Positions 47,849 to 58,055 of a stretch of 64,000 nt of DNA are shown one piece after another. The notes under the pieces were generated by a model. It was not told the DNA's origin and did not search any database. It saw only the letters and a list, made by a program, of their open reading frames with translations. Origin of the DNA: a virus; IMG/VR virus record IMGVR_UViG_3300020420_000009, positions 65,719 through 129,718 of that record; one strand, 5' to 3'. The first letter of the stretch is position 1. Each line of letters starts with the position of its first letter. Both the position numbers and the translations under genes were made by a program.

Positions 47849-48874
47849 ATGCTATGGTTGGAAAGAAAATACCTTTCGCAAGTCGTATCTCTTTTGGATA
47901 TGGCAAAGTGGAAGAACGAAAACACACTGAATCACAGGTGTCCCTATTGTGGGGATTCTGCAAAAAATACATACAAAGCACGGGGATATCATTTCCAAGT
48001 CGGTCAAAACTTTGTATATAAATGCCACAACTGTGGTAAATCAACTTCAAGTGTAAACTTTCTTAAAGACCATTTCCCTATGATTCATAAGGAATATATA
48101 AAAGAATGGTTGAAAGAAAGTGGTAAGTCACCAAGAACAAAAAAAATGCCTAGTGCAAACGATTTTAAGTTCACTCCGCGTGAAGAAGTTCTAAATATGA
48201 AGAGAATTGATTTAAGTGCAGTCTGCTTTCCAGCAAACGAGAAAGGAGTTGCAAGGGAGTTTCTAGAATCTAGAAAAATACCCGAATCAAAAATACAAGA
48301 TTTATGGTTCGTCACCCATGCACAAACTCTAGGTCTCTTATCAGACAAGTATAAGGACAGAGTATTGGGGGAAGACCCGAGAATCGTAATACCATTCTTC
48401 GATGAGAGTGGGGAACTGGTCGGAATATCAGGTCGTGCAATCAATGATTCACCTCTACGATATTTGACCATGAGGTTCCTAGATGATGTTCCACTCATCT
48501 ATAACATTGATAAAGTGGACAAATCAAAAACTGTCTATGTCACAGAAGGGCCAATAGATAGTTTATTCCTTCCCAATGCAATTAGTGTTGGTGGAAGTGA
48601 TTTCAAAAAGATAGATGATAGTATAAAAGAGAATGCAATACTCATTTATGACAACGAACCAAGAAACGCAGAGATAGTTAAAAAGATTAATGAGGTTATA
48701 GACCTCGGGTGGTCTGTGTGTATTTGGAACGATAGAAGGGTATCTGATATAAAGGATATTAATGATATGGTTCTGAATGGATTGAGTCAAGATGAAATAG
48801 TAGATATAATTACTTCTAATACTTACAGTGGCCTTTCTGCAAAAGTTAAGTTAAAGGAGTATGCAAAAGCATGA
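47849..48874 (+). CDS. gp61: DNA primase
   Basis: CPYCGDS...CHNC zinc finger; TOPRIM EGPIDS, DNEPRN, KDINDM. Confidence 0.95.
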   Translation: MLWLERKYLSQVVSLLDMAKWKNENTLNHRCPYCGDSAKNTYKARGYHFQVGQNFVYKCHNCGKSTSSVNFLKDHFPMIHKEYIKEWLKESGKSPRTKKMPSANDFKFTPREEVLNMKRIDLSAVCFPANEKGVAREFLESRKIPESKIQDLWFVTHAQTLGLLSDKYKDRVLGEDPRIVIPFFDESGELVGISGRAINDSPLRYLTMRFLDDVPLIYNIDKVDKSKTVYVTEGPIDSLFLPNAISVGGSDFKKIDDSIKENAILIYDNEPRNAEIVKKINEVIDLGWSVCIWNDRRVSDIKDINDMVLNGLSQDEIVDIITSNTYSGLSAKVKLKEYAKA

Positions 48875-51183
48875 ATGGGGAAATCAAAGTCGTCAAGTCA
48901 GACGGGTCTAAAGTATCAATAGATTTAGACAAAATTCATAAAATGGTTCATAAAGCTTGTAAAAGAATTACAGGTGTATCAGAGTCTTTAGTAGAAATGA
49001 ATAGTGGTATACAATTTTTTGACGGTATCACTACAAAAGAAATACAAAAGATACTTGTCAAAAGTGCAAGTGACTTGATAACATTAGATAATCCAAACTA
49101 TCAGTTTGTAGCTGCAAGACTATTACTCTTTGCAATACAAAAACAAGTATTCAATACAAAGTGGAAAGATGCAGAAATATATCCACTGTTAAGAGAAATT
49201 ATAGACAGAAACATAGACTATGGTGTATATGATAAAGATATACTATCATGGTATACAGATGAGGAGATTGATAAATGTAATACATTTATTAAACACTCAA
49301 GAGACCTAAACTTTACTTATGCTGGATTACAACAGATAGTAGACAAGTATTTGGTTCAAGATAGGTCAACAGGAACGGTGTTCGAAACACCACAGTTCAT
49401 GTATATGTTAATATCCATGACACTTTTCAAAAACTATGACAAAGAAAAAAGGTTAGACTATGTCAAAAGATACTACGACGCAATCAGTGGATTCAAAATC
49501 AATATACCAACACCTATCATGGCGGGAGTTCGAACTCCTTTACGACAATTTGCATCGTGTGTGCTCGTTGACTCAGACGACACTCTCGACAGCATATTCT
49601 CAAGTGATATGGCCATTGGAAAATATGTTGCACAACGAGCTGGAATCGGTATTAACGCAGGAAGAATTAGAGGACTTGGGTCAAAAATTAGAGGAGGCGA
49701 AGTCCAGCATACGGGAGTCGTCCCATTCCTTAAAAAATTTGAGTCAACTGTTAGATGTTGCACCCAAAATGGAGTCAGAGGGGGTTCAGCAACAGTTCAC
49801 TTTCCAATATGGCACCAAGAAATCGAAGACATTATCGTCCTCAAAAATAATAAAGGGACGGAGGACAATCGTGTCAGAAAGTTAGACTACTCTATCCAGT
49901 TCAGTGAATTATTTTATAAAAGATTTCTTGCAAACGAGGATATAACATTATTCTCACCTCATGAAGCTCCAGGCTTATATGATGCATTTGGAACAGAAGA
50001 CTTTGACGAGTTATATGAAAAATATGAAAGAGCAACTTCTATACCAAAGAAGAAAGTAAATGCAAGAGAACTATTTACAGACTTATTGAAAGAAAGAGCA
50101 GAGACTGGCAGAATCTATATTATGAATATAGACCATAGTAATACTCATAGTTCATTTAAAGATAAAGTGAACATGAGTAATCTATGTCAAGAAATTACAC
50201 TACCAACAGACCCTATCCAACATATAGAAGGAGAAGGAGAGATTGCATTATGTATTTTATCTGCAATCAATGTTGGTATTGTAAAAGACGAAGAGTTGGA
50301 ATCTCTCTGTGACTTATCAGTGAGAGGACTTGAAGAACTGATAGATTTTCAAGAGTATCCAGTGAATGCAGCCAAAGTATCTACAGAATCAAGAAGAAGT
50401 CTTGGTATAGGATACATAGGACTGGCACATTATCTTGCAAAAAACAAGGTTAAATATGACGACCCTAAAGCATGGGAACTGGTTCATGATTTAACAGAAA
50501 GATTCCAATACTATCTTCTATCTTCGTCAGCTGATATTGCAGAAGAAAAAGGTGCATGTGCATACTTTGATAGAACAAAATATGCAGATGGTATATTACC
50601 TATAGATACATACAAAAAAGAAGTTGACGAGCTTGTCAAACCCATATATAATATGCCTTGGGAAGACTTGAGGAAGAGGATTAAGAAGAATGGTCTAAGA
50701 CACTCTACACTCACTGCACAAATGCCGTCAGAGAGTTCTAGCGTCGTCTCTAATGCAACGAATGGTATTGAACCACCTAGAGACCATTTATCAGTCAAGA
50801 AGAGTAAGAAAGGAACACTTAAACAGGTTGTTCCACAGTATTCTCTACTTAAAAATGCATATACTATACTATGGGATATGCCTGACAACACAGGTTATAT
50901 CAATGTAGTTGCAGTTATGCAGAAGTTTTTTGACCAAGCAATCAGTGGAAACTGGTCTTATAATCCCGAGAACTATACAAATGGTGAAGTTCCAGTATCG
51001 GTAATGGCAAAAGACTTACTCAACACATATAAGTATGGTTGGAAGACTTCATATTATCAAAATACTATGGACGGAAAGGTTGAAGATGTAATTACAGACC
51101 CTAATTCAGCGTCGAATGAATACATACCACCCTTGATAGATTCACCAAACAGTGAGGAAGATTGTGATGCGTGTGCAATTTGA
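48871..51183 (+). CDS. nrdA: Class Ia ribonucleotide reductase alpha subunit
   Basis: ATP cone, PTPIMAG, SCVL, NLCQEI, MPSESSS, C-terminal CDACAI. Confidence 0.97.
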   Translation: MNGEIKVVKSDGSKVSIDLDKIHKMVHKACKRITGVSESLVEMNSGIQFFDGITTKEIQKILVKSASDLITLDNPNYQFVAARLLLFAIQKQVFNTKWKDAEIYPLLREIIDRNIDYGVYDKDILSWYTDEEIDKCNTFIKHSRDLNFTYAGLQQIVDKYLVQDRSTGTVFETPQFMYMLISMTLFKNYDKEKRLDYVKRYYDAISGFKINIPTPIMAGVRTPLRQFASCVLVDSDDTLDSIFSSDMAIGKYVAQRAGIGINAGRIRGLGSKIRGGEVQHTGVVPFLKKFESTVRCCTQNGVRGGSATVHFPIWHQEIEDIIVLKNNKGTEDNRVRKLDYSIQFSELFYKRFLANEDITLFSPHEAPGLYDAFGTEDFDELYEKYERATSIPKKKVNARELFTDLLKERAETGRIYIMNIDHSNTHSSFKDKVNMSNLCQEITLPTDPIQHIEGEGEIALCILSAINVGIVKDEELESLCDLSVRGLEELIDFQEYPVNAAKVSTESRRSLGIGYIGLAHYLAKNKVKYDDPKAWELVHDLTERFQYYLLSSSADIAEEKGACAYFDRTKYADGILPIDTYKKEVDELVKPIYNMPWEDLRKRIKKNGLRHSTLTAQMPSESSSVVSNATNGIEPPRDHLSVKKSKKGTLKQVVPQYSLLKNAYTILWDMPDNTGYINVVAVMQKFFDQAISGNWSYNPENYTNGEVPVSVMAKDLLNTYKYGWKTSYYQNTMDGKVEDVITDPNSASNEYIPPLIDSPNSEEDCDACAI

Positions 51184-52144
51184 AGATAGAAAAATAGAAT
51201 TTGAGAATACTAATACGGGTATCAGAGGAAAGACAACTCCCGAAACATGGGCATTGTGGAAACAAGGTTATGTAGTTTTAAAGGACTTTATTCCTAAAGA
51301 AATTATTAACATGACTTTGGATACATGGAAAACTGTAGAAAATACAGAAGACTTTAGTAATATAATATATCGAGAAGGAGATATTATACATAACTCACCT
51401 CAAGATTCACTAGAAAAATCTATGGGTTGTTATAATGCACCATGGGGTGTTGCACTGCACAGATATTGTTGGGACAAACTAAAAGGTGTAATTGACATGA
51501 ATTTAGGTGAGACTTATTCATATTCTAGAAAATATGAAAGAGGTGCATATCTAAAAGCTCATGCAGATAGACCAAGTTGTGAGATAAGTGCAACTCTATG
51601 TTTGGAATACCAGTCAGATGACGAAAGACCTTGGCCAATATGGGTCGATAACTCAACTGATTGGGTAAACAAACCTAATGAGATATACGAACAGACCCAA
51701 GCAATTCCTATCAAGAAGAGAAGAAAGGAATCTAAATCTGTTTTACTAGAGCCAGGTGATTTACTAATGTATCAAGGGCCAAATGTTGCACACTGGAGAG
51801 AATATTTTTTGGGTTCATACTCATATCATATTTTCTTACATTTTTATAATAAAGCTGGAAAGACAATAGACATTCCAGGCTATGATGAATTACATGCAGA
51901 GTTATTACCTCAAAAAGACGGTGCAACACAACCATGTAGATATGACGGAAGAAGGTCAAGATACCACGGTATAGACCCAAAGTCAGAAGAGAGGAGACTA
52001 TTTGATTCATTCCAAGAAGAGTTTTGGAATAGTGATTACTGGGATAACAAACCCTATAAAAAGTCTGATTTTATAAACAATTTTGAAGAGTATGAATATT
52101 TTGATAGAAAAGCACATAGAGAGAAGAAAAGAAAAGCAAAATGA
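51152..52144 (+). CDS. 2OG-Fe(II) oxygenase inserted between nrdA and nrdB
   Basis: YSRKY..G..LKAHADRPSCEIS, PGD..MY.G...HWRE, FLHF. Confidence 0.8.
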   Translation: MRKIVMRVQFEDRKIEFENTNTGIRGKTTPETWALWKQGYVVLKDFIPKEIINMTLDTWKTVENTEDFSNIIYREGDIIHNSPQDSLEKSMGCYNAPWGVALHRYCWDKLKGVIDMNLGETYSYSRKYERGAYLKAHADRPSCEISATLCLEYQSDDERPWPIWVDNSTDWVNKPNEIYEQTQAIPIKKRRKESKSVLLEPGDLLMYQGPNVAHWREYFLGSYSYHIFLHFYNKAGKTIDIPGYDELHAELLPQKDGATQPCRYDGRRSRYHGIDPKSEERRLFDSFQEEFWNSDYWDNKPYKKSDFINNFEEYEYFDRKAHREKKRKAK

Positions 52145-53238
52145 CAGTATTTAATAAGAACAAAATAGATTTCACTAAAGGTAAATTATTCTTTGGTGAC
52201 GAACTAAACACACAAAGATTTGACGAGTTCAAATATCCTATATTTGATAAACTCACGCAGAGACAGTTGAGTTTCTTTTGGAGACCCGAAGAAGTTTCAC
52301 TACAGAAAGATAGAAATGATTATCAACAACTCAACGATGCACAAAAACACATATTTACCTCTAACTTGAGGTATCAAACTTTACTCGATTCTGTTCAGGG
52401 CAGAGCTCCATCCATAGCATTTTTACCGTTTGTGACTCTCCCTGAACTAGAATCTTGTATTATTACTTGGGACTTTATGGAGACCATACACAGTAGGTCT
52501 TATACACATATAATTAAGAATGTATATGCAAACCCAAGTGATGTCTTTGACACAATATTAGACGAAGAAGCTATTATAAAAAGAGCTGAAATGGTCACAG
52601 AGAAATACGACAAGTTTATTGAACTCGGAAGACGAAAACTTTTAGGATTAAAGGTTGACGACTACGAGTTATATAAAGCCCTATATCTTGCATTGGTATC
52701 TGTAAACATACTAGAAGGTATAAGATTTTTTGTTTCATTTGCATGTAGTTTTGCATTCGGTGAACTCAAACTAATGGAAGGTTCTGCAAAGATTATATCT
52801 TTCATTGCAAGAGACGAAGCACAACACCTTGCAACTTCACAACATATCCTAAAATGTTATCAAAAACATGAGAACGATAAAATCATGAACAAGGTCATGA
52901 AGGATTGTGAACAAGAAGTCTATCAAATGTATGAAGACGCAGTAAATCAAGAGAAAGAATGGGCAGAGTTTTTGTTTAGAGATGGTTCTATGATTGGTCT
53001 TACCTCACAGGTATTAGGTCAGTATGTAGAATACATTGCAAACAAGAGAATGAGAATGATTGGATTAGACCCTATATATGATATATCCAGTGCAAATAAC
53101 CCTTTACCATGGACTAGACATTGGTTAAATAGTAGAGGACTACAAAATGCACCACAGGAGACAGAGATAGAGTCATATCTGATTGGAGGTATAAAACAAG
53201 ATGTATCAGACGATACATTCGCAGACTTTAAACTATAA
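52141..53238 (+). CDS. nrdB: Ribonucleotide reductase beta subunit
   Basis: FFWRPEE, LDSVQ, ETIHSRSY, LEGIRF, DEAQH, APQETE. Confidence 0.97.
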   Translation: MTVFNKNKIDFTKGKLFFGDELNTQRFDEFKYPIFDKLTQRQLSFFWRPEEVSLQKDRNDYQQLNDAQKHIFTSNLRYQTLLDSVQGRAPSIAFLPFVTLPELESCIITWDFMETIHSRSYTHIIKNVYANPSDVFDTILDEEAIIKRAEMVTEKYDKFIELGRRKLLGLKVDDYELYKALYLALVSVNILEGIRFFVSFACSFAFGELKLMEGSAKIISFIARDEAQHLATSQHILKCYQKHENDKIMNKVMKDCEQEVYQMYEDAVNQEKEWAEFLFRDGSMIGLTSQVLGQYVEYIANKRMRMIGLDPIYDISSANNPLPWTRHWLNSRGLQNAPQETEIESYLIGGIKQDVSDDTFADFKL

Positions 53239-53240
53239 CT

Positions 53241-53684
53241 ATGAATGATTTAGCAGGAATAATGACAGTATTTGTAATTTGCTTTGGTGGATTACTATAC
53301 ACAACATACGACAATCTAGAATATAAAGGATATCCTAGAGCTCAAAGTTGCACTGGTGAGTGTTATGAGGAATATGTCAGAACACACGGAACAACAGTAG
53401 AACAACTACAGAAACAACAGGCAGCTGCAGCTGAAGACCCTTTCAGTTCTATCAAAGGACTATGGGGTGGTTGTGCAGCTTGTCATGGTAGAGAAGGTCA
53501 AGGTATGGGTGCATTCCCAAAACTTGCAGGGCAATCTTCTGATTACATAAGTCAGAAGTTATATGCATATAAAAATAGAGAGACGGTGGGTAATATGTCT
53601 TCCACAATGTGGGCTCAAGCAGGAATGTTGAGTGATTCAGATATAGAAACATTGTCTCAATTTATTGAGGAAACTATGAAATGA
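53241..53684 (+). CDS. Membrane-anchored class I cytochrome c (c553/c4-like)
   Basis: CAACH heme motif, G.G...FPKLAGQ..YI, distal Met in STMWAQA; N-terminal TM. Confidence 0.85.
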   Translation: MNDLAGIMTVFVICFGGLLYTTYDNLEYKGYPRAQSCTGECYEEYVRTHGTTVEQLQKQQAAAAEDPFSSIKGLWGGCAACHGREGQGMGAFPKLAGQSSDYISQKLYAYKNRETVGNMSSTMWAQAGMLSDSDIETLSQFIEETMK

Positions 53685-53914
53685 TTGAGATATGGAGTAA
53701 ACCTTCATGTCCTTATTGTGTAAAAGCAAAGAATCTTTGTGAACGAGAAGGATATGAATACAAATACTATATGTTAGAAGAAGACTTTTCTAGAGAAGAA
53801 CTCTTCGAAAGATTTCCAAGTGCCAGAACTTTCCCACAAATCACTGCACACGGTGAATATATTGGTGGATACACAGAGTTTGAACAATGGCATGACGGAT
53901 TAAGGCGTGTCTAG
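53681..53914 (+). CDS. Glutaredoxin
   Basis: CPYC, TFPQI, IGGY. Confidence 0.93.
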   Translation: MIEIWSKPSCPYCVKAKNLCEREGYEYKYYMLEEDFSREELFERFPSARTFPQITAHGEYIGGYTEFEQWHDGLRRV

Positions 53915-54185
53915 AAACTACTTAAAAGTCTGTAAATTATATTTACCTAGAGAAGATAAAAGGTGTGTTGAATCTATGAGATGGGAACACATGTTTTTAT
54001 CTATCCCTTTGGTCGATGACAAAAACATTCCAATAAACGAAAGAAGAATCTATATAGAGGGACTCGATTTCTATGAGTCAGAATCAAAGCACCCTCTTCC
54101 GTTTGCAACTATAAACGGAAAGAAAAAGACTATGGAAAACTTTTGGGAAGAGATTCTAGGAGAGAAAAAACATGAAGATGTATAA
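53907..54185 (+). CDS. Hypothetical protein
   Basis: Coupled 92-aa ORF. Confidence 0.55.
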   Translation: MSRNYLKVCKLYLPREDKRCVESMRWEHMFLSIPLVDDKNIPINERRIYIEGLDFYESESKHPLPFATINGKKKTMENFWEEILGEKKHEDV

Positions 54186-54333
54186 AGTATATTGTCCTAA
54201 TTGCAAATCAGAATGTGAGATAGGACATGAAATGACAGAGTCTTATCAGATTCTTCATTGTCCCTTTTGTGGTTCAGATATAGATAACGATGTGATTGAA
54301 GAATTAGAGTATGACGATGGAGATATATTGTAA
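54172..54333 (+). CDS. 53-aa zinc-ribbon protein (not in ORF track)
   Basis: CPNC...CPFCG, acidic tail; AGGAG RBS. Confidence 0.75.
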   Translation: MKMYKVYCPNCKSECEIGHEMTESYQILHCPFCGSDIDNDVIEELEYDDGDIL

Positions 54334-54625
54334 ACAAAAAGGACTCTTAGACCTTGCAATGAGACATGCTAAGGCACTTAGCGTCGATTCTAAGGACGCT
54401 ATAGTAAATATTAAACGATTACCACCCCAATTCACACAAAAAGGTCTTATAGAGTATCCTAGGACACTAGGAAAACGGACTTATATAGACTTATTCATAA
54501 AAATGGACGAAGAGAAAGAGATTACCCTTGCACATGAGATGATGCATGTAAAACAGGTGTTAATTGACGGTAAAATAGACGAAAATGAGGCGTATTTGTA
54601 TGAAAAAACCTACAAATTGCCTTGA
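54311..54625 (+). CDS. Small HExxH metallopeptidase-like protein
   Basis: TLAHEMMHVKQ...ENEAY. Confidence 0.65.
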   Translation: MTMEIYCKQKGLLDLAMRHAKALSVDSKDAIVNIKRLPPQFTQKGLIEYPRTLGKRTYIDLFIKMDEEKEITLAHEMMHVKQVLIDGKIDENEAYLYEKTYKLP

Positions 54626-54651
54626 CAATACCCGCCATTTAGTAGTATAAT
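54622..54651 (+). promoter_or_regulatory. Sigma70 promoter
   Basis: TTGACA-18 nt-TATAAT; ATG at 54658. Confidence 0.82.
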
Positions 54652-54657
54652 GTATAC

Positions 54658-54876
54658 ATGATAGAGATTGAGAGAGTAAGTCCCCTAACAGGAATAACCA
54701 ACAAGATGTATATGGATATATCTGCAAAACAGGCTGAAGAATGGAACAGACCTGCTGGAGAAAGAAGACTTATCCAAGACATCTTTCCTAATCTTTCAGA
54801 AGACGAAAGAGAGTTTATTATGACAGGTTATACCCCTCAAGACTGGAAAACAATGGAGGTTGCATTTAATGAATAA
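54658..54876 (+). CDS. Conserved small early protein
   Basis: S.LTG...LIQD.FPNLS.DEREFIMTG.TP..W. Confidence 0.72.
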   Translation: MIEIERVSPLTGITNKMYMDISAKQAEEWNRPAGERRLIQDIFPNLSEDEREFIMTGYTPQDWKTMEVAFNE

Positions 54877-55369
54877 AAACATAAACTACATTTTTGTAGA
54901 TATGGACGGAGTTCTTGCAGACTTCCTAAGAGGTTGTGAATCTTACTTAGGACACCCTCTAACAAATGACGATAAAGGTCACACAGATTACGATAATAGA
55001 AAAGAAGAATTAACAAACAAAAGACTATTTGCAAACTTACCACCTATGGTAGATATGTATGACTTGATTGCATATATCAAACACACAGGACTTCCATGGG
55101 AGATATTGACTGCAGCTGGTTTAGTGAACAGAGATTTAGTTGTCTACGATAAAAACGAGTGGATAAAAAGATATGTTGACCCAAGTGTGGTTATAAATTG
55201 CACATTTACAGGAAGTCAAAAAGCTGCATATGCAATGGAAGGTAATGTTCTAATTGACGATAGACCAAAGAACATAGAAGCATGGGAAACTGCTGGTGGA
55301 ATCGGGATATTACATACCAGTGCAAAAGAAACAATAGAAACACTTAAAGAGTTAAGAAAGAACGACTAG
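54869..55369 (+). CDS. HAD 5'(3')-deoxyribonucleotidase-like protein
   Basis: VDMDGVLADF, ILTA, K..W, LIDDR..NI..W...GG.GI.H. Confidence 0.82.
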   Translation: MNKNINYIFVDMDGVLADFLRGCESYLGHPLTNDDKGHTDYDNRKEELTNKRLFANLPPMVDMYDLIAYIKHTGLPWEILTAAGLVNRDLVVYDKNEWIKRYVDPSVVINCTFTGSQKAAYAMEGNVLIDDRPKNIEAWETAGGIGILHTSAKETIETLKELRKND

Positions 55370-55370
55370 A

Positions 55371-55500
55371 AGACCGAGGGTTCGTGACCCTCTCCCGTAG
55401 ACGGGCTGCAATAACAGATAACGACTGTGAGTAGGAAGATTCTAGACTAGAGACCCCTCGACACTGCTGAAGAGTATTGGATGAAGAGGGGTTTTGTTAT
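55371..55500 (+). ncRNA. Candidate structured RNA or complex terminator
   Basis: GC-rich intergenic stretch; hairpins GAGGGT/ACCCTC, CCCGT/ACGGG, GACCCCTC/GAGGGGTT; outer pairing ATAACAGA/TTTGTTAT. Confidence 0.45.
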
Positions 55501-55515
55501 ACACTAAATAAGACT

Positions 55516-55767
55516 ATGAATGAATTCTTTATAAAAGTCAAAGATTTTCTTGTATCTACCTTTTGGTGGTTTATTGATTTGTTTAGAGAAAGATATCAAA
55601 TCACTGTATCATTCAATAGAGAGTATGGTGACGCAGATGATAAGCAATATATTGCAAAGAAAATCTTTAAACAAACAGAGAAACATTTAAAGTTTAAAGA
55701 TGAAGACGGTTGTATGGTAGAGTTCAGAAGCTCTGGTGGTCTTCATTATATAATCAAGGAGTTATAA
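55516..55767 (+). CDS. Hypothetical late protein
   Basis: CTAAATA 5 nt before the ATG at 55516. Confidence 0.65.
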   Translation: MNEFFIKVKDFLVSTFWWFIDLFRERYQITVSFNREYGDADDKQYIAKKIFKQTEKHLKFKDEDGCMVEFRSSGGLHYIIKEL

Positions 55768-56150
55768 TGCAACAATTTTTTATAGGACTCATACTTGTTC
55801 TAGGTCTATCGACATATTGGTTGTATACAACTAATCAAACTTTAGCAGAGAACAATATGAAATTAGAAATGGCTGTAGAAGAACAAAAACAAGCCATGGA
55901 GGCTCTTCGAGAGTCTTACGAGAAACAAGGTAAAGCACTCATGAACATGAGTAGAAAGAATGCAGAGATAGAAGCAGAGAAAGCTGAATATCTTGCAATC
56001 TTTAGTAGACATAATTTAGATATGCTTGCATTGAAAAAACCTGGCCTTATAACAAATAGGTTTAACAATGGAAGTGAACAAGTAATGGAGACGATGGAAA
56101 ATGATACAGAAGAACTTTATAATCTTACTGTCCCTAATGATAGTGATTAG
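55767..56150 (+). CDS. Putative inner-membrane spanin (Rz-like)
   Basis: N-terminal TM plus long coiled coil; followed by an overlapping lipoprotein gene. Confidence 0.65.
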   Translation: MQQFFIGLILVLGLSTYWLYTTNQTLAENNMKLEMAVEEQKQAMEALRESYEKQGKALMNMSRKNAEIEAEKAEYLAIFSRHNLDMLALKKPGLITNRFNNGSEQVMETMENDTEELYNLTVPNDSD

Positions 56151-56619
56151 TGGGTGTTCCAGTTTTGGTGCAAGAAAAATAGAAACAGTTTCTAAACCAA
56201 TAGAAATTGATATCATGCAACCCGATTTACCTCGACCATTACAGCTGACAGCTCCCGAATGGTGGGTTGTATCAGATGCAGTGATTACTAATCCATGCAG
56301 AAAGGTATTTGACGAAGAGAAACAAAAAGAACTCAGACCAAAGGCATGTGCAAAAGAGGATACAGAGAATCCCGATTGGCCAGAAGGATATACATATCTA
56401 GATAGGTTCCTTGACGAAATGAGAGAACAGAATAATGGTGAAGTCTTATTTGTTGCAACCACAATAGGTGACTACAAAGTCATGGCAGAGGACATGCAAG
56501 AATTGAGACGATACATAAAACAAATGGGTGAAGTAATAATATATTATAGGAATGTGACAATCAAAGGTGAGCCTGGGGTTGGAGCTGCAGTGAAAAAGAA
56601 TGAGACCACCAAAGATTAA
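56101..56619 (+). CDS. Putative outer-membrane spanin lipoprotein (Rz1-like)
   Basis: Lipobox ISGC; Pro-rich segment; overlaps the Rz-like gene. Confidence 0.62.
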   Translation: MIQKNFIILLSLMIVISGCSSFGARKIETVSKPIEIDIMQPDLPRPLQLTAPEWWVVSDAVITNPCRKVFDEEKQKELRPKACAKEDTENPDWPEGYTYLDRFLDEMREQNNGEVLFVATTIGDYKVMAEDMQELRRYIKQMGEVIIYYRNVTIKGEPGVGAAVKKNETTKD

Positions 56620-57355
56620 TGCACCTAGTGACTATCAACCACTAAGTAATTTTAACATATTCGACATATTTCCCACACCTATGTTGAGGGGAACATTTAA
56701 TTATGACCATGGATATATTGCAGATTCATGTGAAGAATTACTTGACGAATGTAAAGAACTAGACCCAAATCCAAAGAGAAACTACACCAATTATTTCTTT
56801 CAAGACAATAGAAAGAAAATGTATACACTTCCATGGTATAGAGATTTTGCAAATATAATCAAAGATACATATGTCGGATTCATAAGAAATCAATTCGATA
56901 GGGATATCTCTTTTTTAAATAGAAAAGACATACATTTATTTTCATGGGTCAGTAGATATGAAGAAGGTATCCACCATGATACACACAATCATGTAAAAAC
57001 AATATTGAGTGGGACATACTATCCAAGAGCTCAAGGTGCAGAACAACCAATCAAATTTTACAATCCAAGTCCAAATGTATTTTCACATTCAAGTCCTTCT
57101 AATTGTATAGACGGTAATATGCCTAATACACAAATTATGGGTGCAATAGGTTCACCTATGGAATTGTTGATACACCCAATAGAGGGAGAAGTTTTATTAT
57201 GGCCGTCCTACCTATATCATAGTGTTGACGAACCACAAAATGTGCAAGAAGATTACAGTAGAATTGCAATATCTTTTAATCTTATGCATAACGAACCTCT
57301 AGAAGATACAGAAGACGGAGACAGCTTTCCTTACGAGGTTTTATACAATGAGTGA
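56600..57355 (+). CDS. 2OG-Fe(II) oxygenase (HxH type)
   Basis: FPTP, HNH...LSGTYY, EG.VLLWPSYLYHSV, RIAISFN. Confidence 0.85.
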   Translation: MRPPKINAPSDYQPLSNFNIFDIFPTPMLRGTFNYDHGYIADSCEELLDECKELDPNPKRNYTNYFFQDNRKKMYTLPWYRDFANIIKDTYVGFIRNQFDRDISFLNRKDIHLFSWVSRYEEGIHHDTHNHVKTILSGTYYPRAQGAEQPIKFYNPSPNVFSHSSPSNCIDGNMPNTQIMGAIGSPMELLIHPIEGEVLLWPSYLYHSVDEPQNVQEDYSRIAISFNLMHNEPLEDTEDGDSFPYEVLYNE

Positions 57356-58055
57356 TTATTATTCAATAGATACATTATACAGACAGAGTGCAGAATGGGA
57401 CATAACATACGATAATGAGAATGAAGTTATATACATTGAGAATTATTTTGAGAATCCTCATGCAGTCAAAAAACATATATCAGAGAGAGAATATCCACTA
57501 TGGAAATACAACGAGGAGAGACAATCACCTAATGGTATAGACTATCTAGACTGTAGAATAGTAGATACTGTAGGACACCCAACAAGATTATGGATAAACC
57601 AACAAGTCAGAATCACAGAACTCTTGAGACAATATGGATTTCATAGAGGTGAATACCGTTGGCAAGATTTGATAGAGGTCAATTGTTTCAAGACAATAAA
57701 AGATTACGATAAGTCAATGCAACATTTTCCACATGTAGACGGAAACTTCAAAGACCCACAGGAAGAGAGTGTTGTCAATATGTTAGTTTATCTAGACGAG
57801 TTTGAGAATGGTGGCACAGCTGTATATAAACCTACATGGTTGCAGAATAATGAGGGAGAAGGACTCATACAACCAGTAGAAGAAATCATGGATTTAGACC
57901 ATGTCATACCAGCAAAGTTTAACCGTTGTGTTTTATTTGGTGGTTCTAAAATGCATGGTGCATACATTGAAGACTATAATGATTATAAAGAAAATTGGAG
58001 ATACAGTTTCGTAAACTTCTTCTTTCCCGAGGGACATAGAAATGGACATAACTAG
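57348..58055 (+). CDS. 2OG-Fe(II) oxygenase
   Basis: PHVD, LVYL...GGTAVY, KFNRCVLF...HG. Confidence 0.8.
   Translation: MSDYYSIDTLYRQSAEWDITYDNENEVIYIENYFENPHAVKKHISEREYPLWKYNEERQSPNGIDYLDCRIVDTVGHPTRLWINQQVRITELLRQYGFHRGEYRWQDLIEVNCFKTIKDYDKSMQHFPHVDGNFKDPQEESVVNMLVYLDEFENGGTAVYKPTWLQNNEGEGLIQPVEEIMDLDHVIPAKFNRCVLFGGSKMHGAYIEDYNDYKENWRYSFVNFFFPEGHRNGHN

Noticed and set aside
51152-52144. Homing endonuclease or intron between nrdA and nrdB
   Set aside because: The protein has oxygenase motifs, not GIY-YIG or HNH; nrdA and nrdB are intact
55452-55493. Hammerhead ribozyme-like CUGAAGAG...GAA core
   Set aside because: GAA is followed by G rather than the required A, stem I has no room to form, and stem II is only about 2 bp
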